A stretch of DNA of 33,916 nt from a virus. Its lineage: Duplodnaviria > Caudoviricetes. How positions within the stretch are numbered: position 1 is the stretch's first letter; every line of letters begins with the position of its first letter. Made by a program: the position numbers and the translations under genes. Positions 25,780-33,916 of this stretch are shown here, piece by piece. The stretch lies in the IMG/VR virus record IMGVR_UViG_3300031182_000013, positions 1-33,916 of that record; one strand, given 5' to 3'. The notes beneath the pieces are model-generated. The model was given only the letters and a program-made list of their open reading frames with translations. It had not been told where the DNA came from and made no database searches.

Positions 25780-26135
25780 GGGCGAACCCGGCCCGACGGT
25801 TCTATTTCCGCCTCGCCCTCGCGCTCGGGATGACCGTTCAGGAGCTCCTCTCCCGGGTGAGCAGCCGGGAGCTGGCGGAATGGATGGCGTTTTTTGAGCT
25901 CGAACCGTGGGGCACTGAGGTAGAAGACTGGCGGGCCGGACTCATCGCGTCGACAGTCGCGAATGCGAACCGTGACCAGAAGCGTCGCCGCAGGCCATAC
26001 GAGCCGCAGGACTTCATGCCGAGGAGGGATGTTCGACCGAAGGAAACAGAGGAGCAACCCGTCGAGGACCAAATCGCAATCGTGGAAATGTGGGCAAGGA
26101 TTCTTTCAGCAGCAAATCAAGAAGGCGGCCGGTGA
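25776..26135 (+). CDS. Tail assembly chaperone extension (gpT-like), probably made as a G-T frameshift fusion
   Basis: LALALGMTVQELL...SSRELAEWMAFFELEPWG; in the -1 frame of the upstream gene. Confidence 0.8.
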   Translation: MRANPARRFYFRLALALGMTVQELLSRVSSRELAEWMAFFELEPWGTEVEDWRAGLIASTVANANRDQKRRRRPYEPQDFMPRRDVRPKETEEQPVEDQIAIVEMWARILSAANQEGGR

Positions 26136-26160
26136 TTCGGCCGCCTTTCAATCATTTTTC
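26122..26160 (+). terminator. Strong hairpin before the tape measure gene
   Basis: AAGGCGGCCG-GTGATT-CGGCCGCCTT followed by a T-rich tract. Confidence 0.5.
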
Positions 26161-26207
26161 TGTTTCGGCAGGTGCCGAGGTAACCGACATAACCGAGGTG
26201 GGAGCAA

Positions 26208-29200
26208 ATGGCAACAGTTGGCGCCTTTAATGTTGCCCTGGTGGCTTCCACGGGGCGCTTTGTTTCGGCAATCAGCAAGGCCGACCGCCGGTGGAACAAC
26301 TTCGCGAGGAACATCCAGCGCCAATCCCGGTCCATGCCAGAGGCGATCCGGAAAGTCACCCCGGCCGCCCTTACGATGGCGCGGGTGGTGACGCGGGCAA
26401 CCGCAGTTGCTGGTGCAGCCCTGACCGGTATGGGAGCTGTCGGGGTGAAGATGGCGGCAAACTTTGAACAGAGCCAGATCGCCTTCACGACGCTTCTCGG
26501 ATCGGCTGAAGAGGCGTCTCGTTTTTTGCGTGAACTCGAAATCCAAGCCCGCCGGACGCCATTCGGAATGGCTGAATTGCAACAGGCCTCCCGTCAGTTG
26601 CTCGCCTACGGCTTCACGGCTGATCGCGTGCTCGAAATGATCACGCCGATCGGCGACGCAGTTGCGGCGATGGGCGGCGGCTCGCAGATGTTTGAGTCCG
26701 TCATCCGAGCGCTCGGTCAGATTCGCGCAAAGGGAAAGCTCGCCTCGCAAGAAATGCTCCAGCTGACCGAGCAGGGCATTCCGGCGTGGGAATTCCTCGC
26801 TGAGGCAATTGGTGTGACCGTCCCGGAAGCGATGGAGAAGGTCTCGAAGGGGGCCGTCAGCTCGACAGTTGCGATAGACGCTGTGCTGCGAGGCATGATC
26901 CGGAAATTCGGCGGCGCCATGGAGGCGCAGTCGAGGACCATGCTCGGTCAGTGGGAGCAGCTGCGGGACGGCATGGCGACCATCACCCGCGGACTCGGGC
27001 AAGACATCATCCGGATCTTCGGTCTCGCATCGGCGATGGAGCGACTGAACAATGCGATCGGTCGATTCGCCGATATGGTGAGCCGCGAGGGCTTCCTCGG
27101 AGCTCTCCGCCGTGCATTTCCGCCGTGGGTGCAGCCGATCATCATCGGAATCGCCGGCGCGATCGGTGGCGCGCTCGTGCCGGTCATTGTCGGCATGCTA
27201 ATCCCGGCGCTGAAAAAACTGCGGACGAGCCTGGTTGCGACGATGCGGCCGTTGCTCCCATGGATGGTGATCGGGGCGGCTGTCGCGGCGACCGCGCTCC
27301 TGATCGCGAGGTACTGGAACCAACTCGGCGACATCGCGCGCCGGGTGTGGTCCGGCATCTCCGCCGTGGTGCTGTACGCCGCATCGCTCATCGTGCGCGG
27401 GACGGGGGCGATCATCGGTGCCATTTCTGTTTTCATACCGGCCCTCCGTGGAGCCTCTCAGGCCATGACGGACATGGCGAACCGCCTGAAGTCCATGGCT
27501 GCGCAGTCCATGGCGGCCGCAAAGACGTCCGCCTCCGGAAGCACGGCTGTCGCTCAGTCTGCGCAGCAGGTGGCAACCACGGCGCAAAAGGCCGCGGAGG
27601 CGCAGCAGGGGCTCGGTGAATCAGTGGAGGAGGCTGCGAAAGCGGCGCAGAGTAACCTGCAGTCTTTCGACGAAGTGCACTCGATACAGGAAGAGATGGC
27701 CGATTCACCGGCGACGCTTGAGCTCGAAGGTTTGGAGATCGGGGATCTACCCGGCGTGGCTGGTCTCGGAAACGTCTTCGCAGATCTGGCGGAAGAGGTG
27801 GATGCGGGAGCCGGCCGGATCGCCCAGGCGTGGCAGAAGACGGTGGACGCCATTTCCGGCGCGTGGGAACGGCTCAAGACCGGCGCACTCAACACGTTCC
27901 CGTGGCTACAGAGCGTGATCGACGGTTTTGCCCGGGCTGCGGATTGGGTGCGCGCAAACTGGTCGACCATCGGTCCGGTCATGGAAACCGTCGCCGGCGT
28001 GCTGGCTGTGGTCGGCCTGGCCATTTTGGCCATCACAAGCCCGATCGGGGCGGTTGTGGCCGCCGCGACAATCCTCGTCACGATTGCGACGCTCATCATC
28101 GCCAACTGGGACGAGGTTGGGGCTTTCCTGCGAGGACTGTGGGAAAAGCTCGGTCCGCACCTGATTTCTATCTGGGAAACTCTCAAGGACGCCGCGGTCG
28201 CGCTCTGGGAGGCGATTGTCGAGACGGCGAAAGTGATCTGGAACGGATTGAAAACGTTCTGGGCTAACTGGGGTGACACCATTCTCGCTCTGCTCGGTGG
28301 TGTGTGGCGGCAGATCGGCATCATCATTGAGACTGCGATCAACTTGGTGAAGAACATCATCGGCCTTGTCCTGGCGCTGATTCGCGGCGACTGGGAAGCC
28401 GCATGGAACCATGTGAAAGCCATCGGCCAGACCGTCTGGAACTTTCTCGTTGTGACCTGGGAGAACATCAAGACCACGGTCGTAGCTGTGTGGCAGTCGA
28501 TTAAGGATAATATTCAAGCTGCATGGACGTGGATCCAAAATGTCACGAAAGCCATCTGGAACGCGATTGTTGGATGGCTCACAGGACTTTGGGAAGGAAT
28601 CAGGTCCGCTATATCAAACACTTGGCAAAATATTCGGGATACGATTTCAGAAAGGTGGAGCAACATCAAAACGAACACCGAAACAATTTGGAGCAAAACG
28701 AAACAATGGCTGAGTAATACATGGGACGCAATATCCTCAACTGCCTCCACCACATGGGGGTGGATCCGGGACAGAATTTCAGCACAGGCAAAAGAGAATA
28801 CCGCCCAAATCGAGGCGAGCTGGAATAAGCTATCCGATATATTGTCGCGGATCTGGGAGCGCATTCGAGACCTGGCCGGTCAAATCTGGGATGGAATTGT
28901 GAGTCGGATCAAATCGGCAGTAAATGTCATTATTGGAGCCATCAACAAGTTTATCGACGGCCTGAATTCTCTCAAAATTACCGTACCAGAGATTAACATT
29001 CCGTTCGTTGGGACGGTTGGAGGTTTTACGATTGGTTTGCCTCCGATCCCGAAAATCCCGATGCTGGCGAGGGGCGCTCAGGTATTCGGGCCTACGCTCG
29101 CCATGATCGGCGAAGGCACACGCCCCGAGGCCGTCGTTCCCCTGCCACCCGGAGTCCGCGATCTTGGGGACATGGTCCCGAGCGAAGAATCGCTGGCCCG

Positions 29201-29387
29201 AGCGATCTATCAGGCATTCGTGACAGCGTTGCGCGTCACGCAATCGTCCGGAGCGCAGTCCGGTGCGGATCGTGAGATCGTGCTCAAGGTAGGGACGCGC
29301 GAGTTTGCGCGCGCTATTCTGCCCGAGATCATCGCAGAAGGTCAGCGGCAGGGTCTTCAACTCGTCGTCCGGCCGCAGGGGGTGTGA
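26208..29387 (+). CDS. Tail tape measure protein
   Basis: 1059 aa, Ala/Gly-rich; tape-measure domain (FEQSQIAFTTLLGS...TPF...LLAYGF); Trp repeats at about 11-residue period; IPMLARG C-terminus. Confidence 0.95.
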   Translation: MATVGAFNVALVASTGRFVSAISKADRRWNNFARNIQRQSRSMPEAIRKVTPAALTMARVVTRATAVAGAALTGMGAVGVKMAANFEQSQIAFTTLLGSAEEASRFLRELEIQARRTPFGMAELQQASRQLLAYGFTADRVLEMITPIGDAVAAMGGGSQMFESVIRALGQIRAKGKLASQEMLQLTEQGIPAWEFLAEAIGVTVPEAMEKVSKGAVSSTVAIDAVLRGMIRKFGGAMEAQSRTMLGQWEQLRDGMATITRGLGQDIIRIFGLASAMERLNNAIGRFADMVSREGFLGALRRAFPPWVQPIIIGIAGAIGGALVPVIVGMLIPALKKLRTSLVATMRPLLPWMVIGAAVAATALLIARYWNQLGDIARRVWSGISAVVLYAASLIVRGTGAIIGAISVFIPALRGASQAMTDMANRLKSMAAQSMAAAKTSASGSTAVAQSAQQVATTAQKAAEAQQGLGESVEEAAKAAQSNLQSFDEVHSIQEEMADSPATLELEGLEIGDLPGVAGLGNVFADLAEEVDAGAGRIAQAWQKTVDAISGAWERLKTGALNTFPWLQSVIDGFARAADWVRANWSTIGPVMETVAGVLAVVGLAILAITSPIGAVVAAATILVTIATLIIANWDEVGAFLRGLWEKLGPHLISIWETLKDAAVALWEAIVETAKVIWNGLKTFWANWGDTILALLGGVWRQIGIIIETAINLVKNIIGLVLALIRGDWEAAWNHVKAIGQTVWNFLVVTWENIKTTVVAVWQSIKDNIQAAWTWIQNVTKAIWNAIVGWLTGLWEGIRSAISNTWQNIRDTISERWSNIKTNTETIWSKTKQWLSNTWDAISSTASTTWGWIRDRISAQAKENTAQIEASWNKLSDILSRIWERIRDLAGQIWDGIVSRIKSAVNVIIGAINKFIDGLNSLKITVPEINIPFVGTVGGFTIGLPPIPKIPMLARGAQVFGPTLAMIGEGTRPEAVVPLPPGVRDLGDMVPSEESLARAIYQAFVTALRVTQSSGAQSGADREIVLKVGTREFARAILPEIIAEGQRQGLQLVVRPQGV

Positions 29388-29390
29388 TGA

Positions 29391-29744
29391 ATGGCCGAAA
29401 TTCGCATTGCTGGAACACTGGTTGCGCGCCCGGCCGAGGTAAAGGTCGGGCGCTTCGATATTACAAAAGCATCACGGACCGCTTCCGGCCGCATGGTGAT
29501 GGAGGTTATCCGCCCCGGTGTCCGCCGGGTGGATGTTGTATGGCGGTATCTGCCCGATGCCGACCTGCAGACAATTCTCGACTTGCTGGCAGCGAACAAG
29601 CCTTTTTTCAGCTTCGAGTACCCGGATGCTGGCGGCCAGAAGACGATGACGTGCTACGTCGGCGACATTACGACGTCGCTCTGGCATACGCGAGGCGGCG
29701 TTCGGTACTGGGACGAGGTTTCGATCCCGTTCATTGAGCAGTGA
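29391..29744 (+). CDS. Distal tail / tail tip protein
   Basis: Directly after TMP; SRTASGRMV...MTCYVGD...IPFIEQ. Confidence 0.75.
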   Translation: MAEIRIAGTLVARPAEVKVGRFDITKASRTASGRMVMEVIRPGVRRVDVVWRYLPDADLQTILDLLAANKPFFSFEYPDAGGQKTMTCYVGDITTSLWHTRGGVRYWDEVSIPFIEQ

Positions 29745-29758
29745 CAGGAGGGAGGACC

Positions 29759-30100
29759 ATGGCACGAGTGAGCATTCCGAGGCAGCAAGTATCCGATGCC
29801 GGGCTGATTCCGGCCTATTCGCCGGCGGCCGAAGACGGGCACAGCGTTGAGAATTCGACGGGAAAGATCGTGCTTCACATTTGCAACACGAACGAGGAGG
29901 AGGTCACGGTCACGATCCGCTCCGGCTACACCGTGGGCGGGCTCAAACTGCAGGATCGGCAGGTGGTTGTACCGCCTGCCACCTGCGTTTTCATCGGCCC
30001 GCTGGATCCGCAGGTGTATAACCAGCCTGGCACTTCTCAGGTTTGGATCGATTATTCTCGGGCTGAGGGCGTGGACGTGGCAGCGCTTCTCATCACGTGA
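29759..30100 (+). CDS. Hypothetical beta-rich virion-associated protein
   Basis: GGAGG RBS; in the tail module; beta-strand-like composition. Confidence 0.7.
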   Translation: MARVSIPRQQVSDAGLIPAYSPAAEDGHSVENSTGKIVLHICNTNEEEVTVTIRSGYTVGGLKLQDRQVVVPPATCVFIGPLDPQVYNQPGTSQVWIDYSRAEGVDVAALLIT

Positions 30101-30110
30101 GGTGATTGAC

Positions 30111-31958
30111 GTGTATCCCGTGACACAGGGTTTCATGGAGCGGATGCGGGTGGACAAGCGTCAGGTCGACGTCCGCGTGACCATCGACTACACGAACTGG
30201 GAGATCGATCAGAGCATCCAGATAGATGCCTCCGAACAGACCAATGTCAGCTATCCACGGCAGGTGGCCGACGGGGTGCTGGAAACGACTCATAAATGGG
30301 CTTCGCTCGACGGTTCGTGGACGCTCGATGGATCCTACCATCTTGCCCCGGAGCCGGAGGACCTGAGCCGCTACCAGTTCGGCTGGTGGGGCCAGCAACT
30401 GGCCGGGGTGGACGGCGCCTTCGCCGCGCCGTATCCGCGCCTGATTATTACGCATCTTCCCCGGCCGATTCATTTTCTCCGGGTCGTCGGCAACACGGCG
30501 CGGGAAGAATGGCCTGTAGACTTCCGGGTCGATCTGTACGCGGAAAACGGGACGTTACTCCGCTCCGAAGTGGTCACGGGAAATAGCTCTGTGGACTGGC
30601 TGCTGGTTCTTCCGGTGCCGGTTCTGGACGTCGCCCGGCAGGAGCTGACCATCACCCGCTGGAGTCATCCCGGACGGCAGGCGAAGATCATTGAGTTTTT
30701 CACATCGATCCAGGAGACCTATTACCGCGGCGACGTGGTCGAGGTGCGGATGATCGAGGAACGCGAGGTATCGCAGGGCAGTCTTCCGGTCGGAAACATC
30801 AGTGCGAATGAAATCAGCATCCGACTGGCAAACGAAGGCGGAAAATTCGACGTGACGAACGACCAGTCTCCGCTTTGGCGCCTGCTCAAACCGAACCGCC
30901 GCATCCGGGTTTGGCTCGGCTCCGAAGACGAATGGGTGCCGCTCGGCACATTCTGGTCGCTGGACTGGGACAGCCCGGACGACGCGCTGGAGGCGATCGT
31001 GACGGCGCGGGATCGGCTCGAATTGCTTCGGAAAATCACGTATCAGTCCAGTGCGATCCAGCAGAATGTGAGCCTCTACACACTGGCCGAACAGGTACTG
31101 GTGGATGCCGGGCTAAAGTCGGGCGAATACGCCATCGACCCGGCACTCCAGTCCATCATCATCCCGTGGGCGTGGCTCTCGCCCACGTCGCACCGAGAGG
31201 CGTTGCGGATCATCGCTGAGGCCGGGCTGGCCGTCGTGTACGCAGACCGTGACGGCGTGATTCGGGTCGAGAGCATATCCAGCGTCCCCCCCACTCCGGT
31301 CGCGGAGATCACGGCTGACGACTATTTCCCGCCGCTCTCCGCCCCGTCGAGACAGGATCAAGTGGCAAACGAGGTCGTTGTGACAACTCAACCGCTTCGA
31401 CCGGCTGACACGCCGCAGGAAGTGTATCGCTCCATGGAGCCGATCGAAGTGCCAGCAGGACAAACCGTGACGATTACGGCGCAGTACATGCAGGTGCCGG
31501 TCATCGAAGCGACAGCCTCGCTGGTCAGCCCGCCGGCGGGCGTGAGCATCGTCGGGGCGACGTACTACGCTTGGGGAGCGGAAATCAGTGTCCAGAACAC
31601 TGGCAACACGCCGGAAGACGTGACGCTCGTCATTACAGGGAAACCCCTCAGCGTCCAGGGCGGCGAGAAGGTTATCGCACGGGATCAGACCAGCATCATC
31701 GAAAACGGCGTTCTGCGATATGAGTATCCAGCCAACCCGCTCGTCCAGACGCTTACCCAGGCGCAAGCGATTGCAATAACGTTGCTCGCATCGGCGAAAG
31801 ACTCTCGCCGAGACATTGAGGTCGAATGGCGTGGTAATCCAGCCATCGAGCTGGGTGACCGAGTAAAAGTGGTTGGCCAGGAAATACATGTAATCCGACA
31901 GGAAATCACATGGGCTGGAGCAATGACAGCCAGACTCACAGGCAGGAGGGTGACATGA
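30111..31958 (+). CDS. Tail tip / baseplate hub-like protein
   Basis: GAGGTG RBS with GTG start; VPLGTFW, ARDRLELL, YADRDGVI, WRGNPAIELGDRV motifs of minor tail proteins. Confidence 0.8.
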   Translation: MYPVTQGFMERMRVDKRQVDVRVTIDYTNWEIDQSIQIDASEQTNVSYPRQVADGVLETTHKWASLDGSWTLDGSYHLAPEPEDLSRYQFGWWGQQLAGVDGAFAAPYPRLIITHLPRPIHFLRVVGNTAREEWPVDFRVDLYAENGTLLRSEVVTGNSSVDWLLVLPVPVLDVARQELTITRWSHPGRQAKIIEFFTSIQETYYRGDVVEVRMIEEREVSQGSLPVGNISANEISIRLANEGGKFDVTNDQSPLWRLLKPNRRIRVWLGSEDEWVPLGTFWSLDWDSPDDALEAIVTARDRLELLRKITYQSSAIQQNVSLYTLAEQVLVDAGLKSGEYAIDPALQSIIIPWAWLSPTSHREALRIIAEAGLAVVYADRDGVIRVESISSVPPTPVAEITADDYFPPLSAPSRQDQVANEVVVTTQPLRPADTPQEVYRSMEPIEVPAGQTVTITAQYMQVPVIEATASLVSPPAGVSIVGATYYAWGAEISVQNTGNTPEDVTLVITGKPLSVQGGEKVIARDQTSIIENGVLRYEYPANPLVQTLTQAQAIAITLLASAKDSRRDIEVEWRGNPAIELGDRVKVVGQEIHVIRQEITWAGAMTARLTGRRVT

Positions 31959-31959
31959 C

Positions 31960-32916
31960 ATGCCGTGGCAAACACCGAAAACGAACTGGACGTCAGCGGA
32001 TGTGCCGGCGCCCAGTGACTTCAACCGGATCGAGGGCAATGCGGCAGAGCTGAAATCGGCCATTGACACCCACAAATTCGCCCCTGTCCTCGATCACCCG
32101 GACGGAAGCGTGACGGACGCCAAAATTGGCAGCCGCACGATCAACGACACGTCAGTGCCGTCGGGGAACACCGGGACGCTGACCTCGCTGCTTGGCTGGC
32201 TTGCATACATGATCAAGGCCATCACCGGGAAATCGAGCTGGCGCACGGTACCGGCGACGACGCTCGAGGCGGCCGCGGCGCACATCGCCCGTACCGACAA
32301 CCCACACGCTGTCACAAAAGCACAAGTCGGTCTCGGTAGCGTGGATAACTACCCGACCGCATCGCAAGCCGAAGCGGAGGCAGGAACGGCCGCGAACAGG
32401 TTTATGACGCCCCAAAGAACGAAGCAGTACGTGGATACCAGGTTACAAAACGGCCTTACGCTTCGGGATCACAATGGGACCGTGGAAAGATGGAATCAGC
32501 AGAAAGGGGAGTGGGAGCCGGTGGCAGCGGTTTTCCCGGTCGGTCAGCCACGCTGGGCGACTTTGAGCCTAACCAGTGAACAAAACAATGCATATTATAC
32601 GGTTCTCGATATTTCGGGGGCCAGTGGGCGCCTCGAATTTGTACGGGCCCAAGCCTCGAACAACGCCCCCGGCTATGTCTTTTACATGAGGGTCACGGTC
32701 GACGGAAAATCGGACGAACTTTCTGTTCAATCCAACACGACGGCGAACATGTTTCTTGATTACTTGGTTCGTCCATATGGAGGAAGCGCCAACAACCTAG
32801 TCGGCGACGTCTCAGATCCTATTTATTTTCAAAATTCGGTAAAAGTCGAGATCAAGAAAACAAACGCCGTGCTTAGTGCGACGGTACGCTACAGGCTCGC
32901 CGCGGGCACACCATGA
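31960..32916 (+). CDS. Tail fibre / receptor-binding protein
   Basis: MPWQTPKTNW...DFNRIEGN N-terminus; HIARTDNPHAVTKAQVGLGSVDN fibre motif; ASQAEAEAGT...FMTPQRT; beta-rich C-terminal head. Confidence 0.85.
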   Translation: MPWQTPKTNWTSADVPAPSDFNRIEGNAAELKSAIDTHKFAPVLDHPDGSVTDAKIGSRTINDTSVPSGNTGTLTSLLGWLAYMIKAITGKSSWRTVPATTLEAAAAHIARTDNPHAVTKAQVGLGSVDNYPTASQAEAEAGTAANRFMTPQRTKQYVDTRLQNGLTLRDHNGTVERWNQQKGEWEPVAAVFPVGQPRWATLSLTSEQNNAYYTVLDISGASGRLEFVRAQASNNAPGYVFYMRVTVDGKSDELSVQSNTTANMFLDYLVRPYGGSANNLVGDVSDPIYFQNSVKVEIKKTNAVLSATVRYRLAAGTP

Positions 32917-33188
32917 CGGAGGGGAAGGGTATGGCAGTCACGACCAAAATTATCGAAGAAAACGGGAAGCAGTATCGTGTGACTGAAGATCCGGAAACAG
33001 GCCTTTATATCAAAGAATGCCTTGACGAGGGAATCCCGCCGATGCCGAAACCTGATCCGCTCTCCGACCCCATAACCCAGTTGCAGCTGGCAGTGGCCGA
33101 GCTCGCGGAAGCAATCGAAGCAGACAAGACCGCCATCCATCTCGCCCTCGCCGAGGTGGCTGAGATCATCGCTGGAGGTGACAGCTGA
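32913..33188 (+). CDS. Hypothetical protein, probable fibre assembly chaperone
   Basis: C-terminal ITQLQLAVAELAE coiled coil, typical of genes after fibres; start may be ATG 32931. Confidence 0.65.
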   Translation: MTEGKGMAVTTKIIEENGKQYRVTEDPETGLYIKECLDEGIPPMPKPDPLSDPITQLQLAVAELAEAIEADKTAIHLALAEVAEIIAGGDS

Positions 33189-33189
33189 T

Positions 33190-33303
33190 ATGGCGAAAAT
33201 CTACTACGACCTGATCCTGAAGGGCCTTCGCACGATCGACGACGTGCCGCTGCGGTGGCGCGCCAAGGTGCAGGCCATGCTGGATGGGGATACCGCCCAA
33301 TGA
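33190..33303 (+). CDS. Small CD1375/XkdX-like protein (37 aa)
   Basis: MAKIYYDLILKGLRTIDDVPLRWRAKVQAMLDGDTAQ; GGAGGTG RBS; absent from the ORF track because of size. Confidence 0.8.
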   Translation: MAKIYYDLILKGLRTIDDVPLRWRAKVQAMLDGDTAQ

Positions 33304-33318
33304 GGCGGTTTTTATTTT
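33292..33318 (+). terminator. Intrinsic terminator before the lysis genes
   Basis: ACCGCC-CAATGA-GGCGGT followed by TTTTATTTT. Confidence 0.7.
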
Positions 33319-33339
33319 GCTTGGAAAGGAGCTGTTGCG

Positions 33340-33615
33340 ATGGACTGGACCGCTGTAATCGCGGCCGCCGCGGCCATCAGCGGCATCGTGCTCGGCTGGC
33401 TCGGCCGGTCCCGGACCGTGCGGCAGGACGGGGCGGCGGACGGTGAATTGCGGGCGTCGGTGAAATATATCCGCGACGGCGTGGACGATCTGCGGGTGGA
33501 GATACGCAGTCAGGGTCAGCGCTACGATATGCTGGCGGAGAGGGTGACGCGGGTGGAGGAGAGCGCGAAATCTGCACATCGCCGGATTGACCGGCTGGAG
33601 GGGAATGAACGATGA
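33340..33615 (+). CDS. Lysis-cassette membrane protein (XhlA/holin-like)
   Basis: N-terminal hydrophobic helix and ERVTRVEESAKSAHRRID coiled coil; directly before the endolysin. Confidence 0.75.
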   Translation: MDWTAVIAAAAAISGIVLGWLGRSRTVRQDGAADGELRASVKYIRDGVDDLRVEIRSQGQRYDMLAERVTRVEESAKSAHRRIDRLEGNER

Positions 33616-33916
33616 CCCGCTCCGAATTCATCACCACCGTGGCACCTGTTGCGGTCAAGGTCCGGGTCGACGGCGGCCCGCTGTTCCCGTCGGTGAGCGT
33701 CGCCCAGACGCTGCTGGAGACCGGCGGGCGCATCCCGGCGTGGAACAACCTTGTCGGGTACAAGGTGGGGTCTGGCAAGCGCACGCCGTACTGGGACGGC
33801 CGAGCCGTCCGAAAGGGCACGTGGGAGGTTTACGACGGCCGCACTGTGCAGACCGCGGCCGACTTCCGGGCCTACGACAGCATCGAGCACTGCCTCAAGG
33901 ATCAGGCGTTGCTGTT
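33612..33916 (+). CDS. Endolysin with GH73 glucosaminidase domain (partial, runs off the window)
   Basis: Hand translation MTRSEFITTVAPVA...FPSVSVAQTLLETG...NNLVGYK...TWE...ADFRAYDSIEHCLKD matches the GH73/FlgJ pattern. Confidence 0.85.
   Translation, partial: MTRSEFITTVAPVAVKVRVDGGPLFPSVSVAQTLLETGGRIPAWNNLVGYKVGSGKRTPYWDGRAVRKGTWEVYDGRTVQTAADFRAYDSIEHCLKDQALL

Larger units (their letters stand above)
1..33916. mobile_element. Temperate prophage (siphovirus-like, HK97-type head), right end outside the window
   Basis: Ordered lysogeny, replication, packaging, head, tail and lysis modules, starting at a host gene 3' end. Confidence 0.97.

Noticed and set aside
6167-32415. Many long minus-strand and alternate-frame ORFs overlapping core phage genes
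   Set aside because: Expected shadow ORFs in high-GC coding DNA; no RBS or motifs (hicAB is the exception and is reported)
31960-33916. Diversity-generating retroelement or invertible tail-fibre system
   Set aside because: No reverse transcriptase, invertase or duplicated fibre segment within the window

Overview
This window is most of a temperate siphovirus-type prophage from a high-GC Bacillota host (probably Paenibacillaceae-like; inferred). It is integrated at the 3' end of sufB: nt 1-33 encode IKFEMEGSIG*. Gene order: tyrosine integrase, ImmA protease and ImmR/CI repressor on the minus strand; then cro, rha and small early genes; DUF2800 nuclease, DUF2815 SSB, family A DNA polymerase, VapE primase-helicase, a repeat-rich putative origin, VRR-NUC, SNF2 helicase and a sigma-like late regulator; an antisense hicAB cassette; HNH, terS, terL, portal, ClpP-type protease and HK97 capsid; head-tail and tail genes; the window ends inside a GH73 endolysin. 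The standout is a minus-strand cassette at about 4742-5192 that the ORF track misses. It holds a complete group I ribozyme core with no 5' exon. Its guide sequence pairs with a splice site downstream of the 3' exon, and a 10-bp inverted repeat clamps the two ends together. Predicted splicing removes the only in-frame stop codon and gives a 135-nt (45-codon) stop-free circular RNA. This looks like a natural permuted group I intron encoding an endless repeat protein. The pairings were found by hand; splicing and translation are inferred, not shown.
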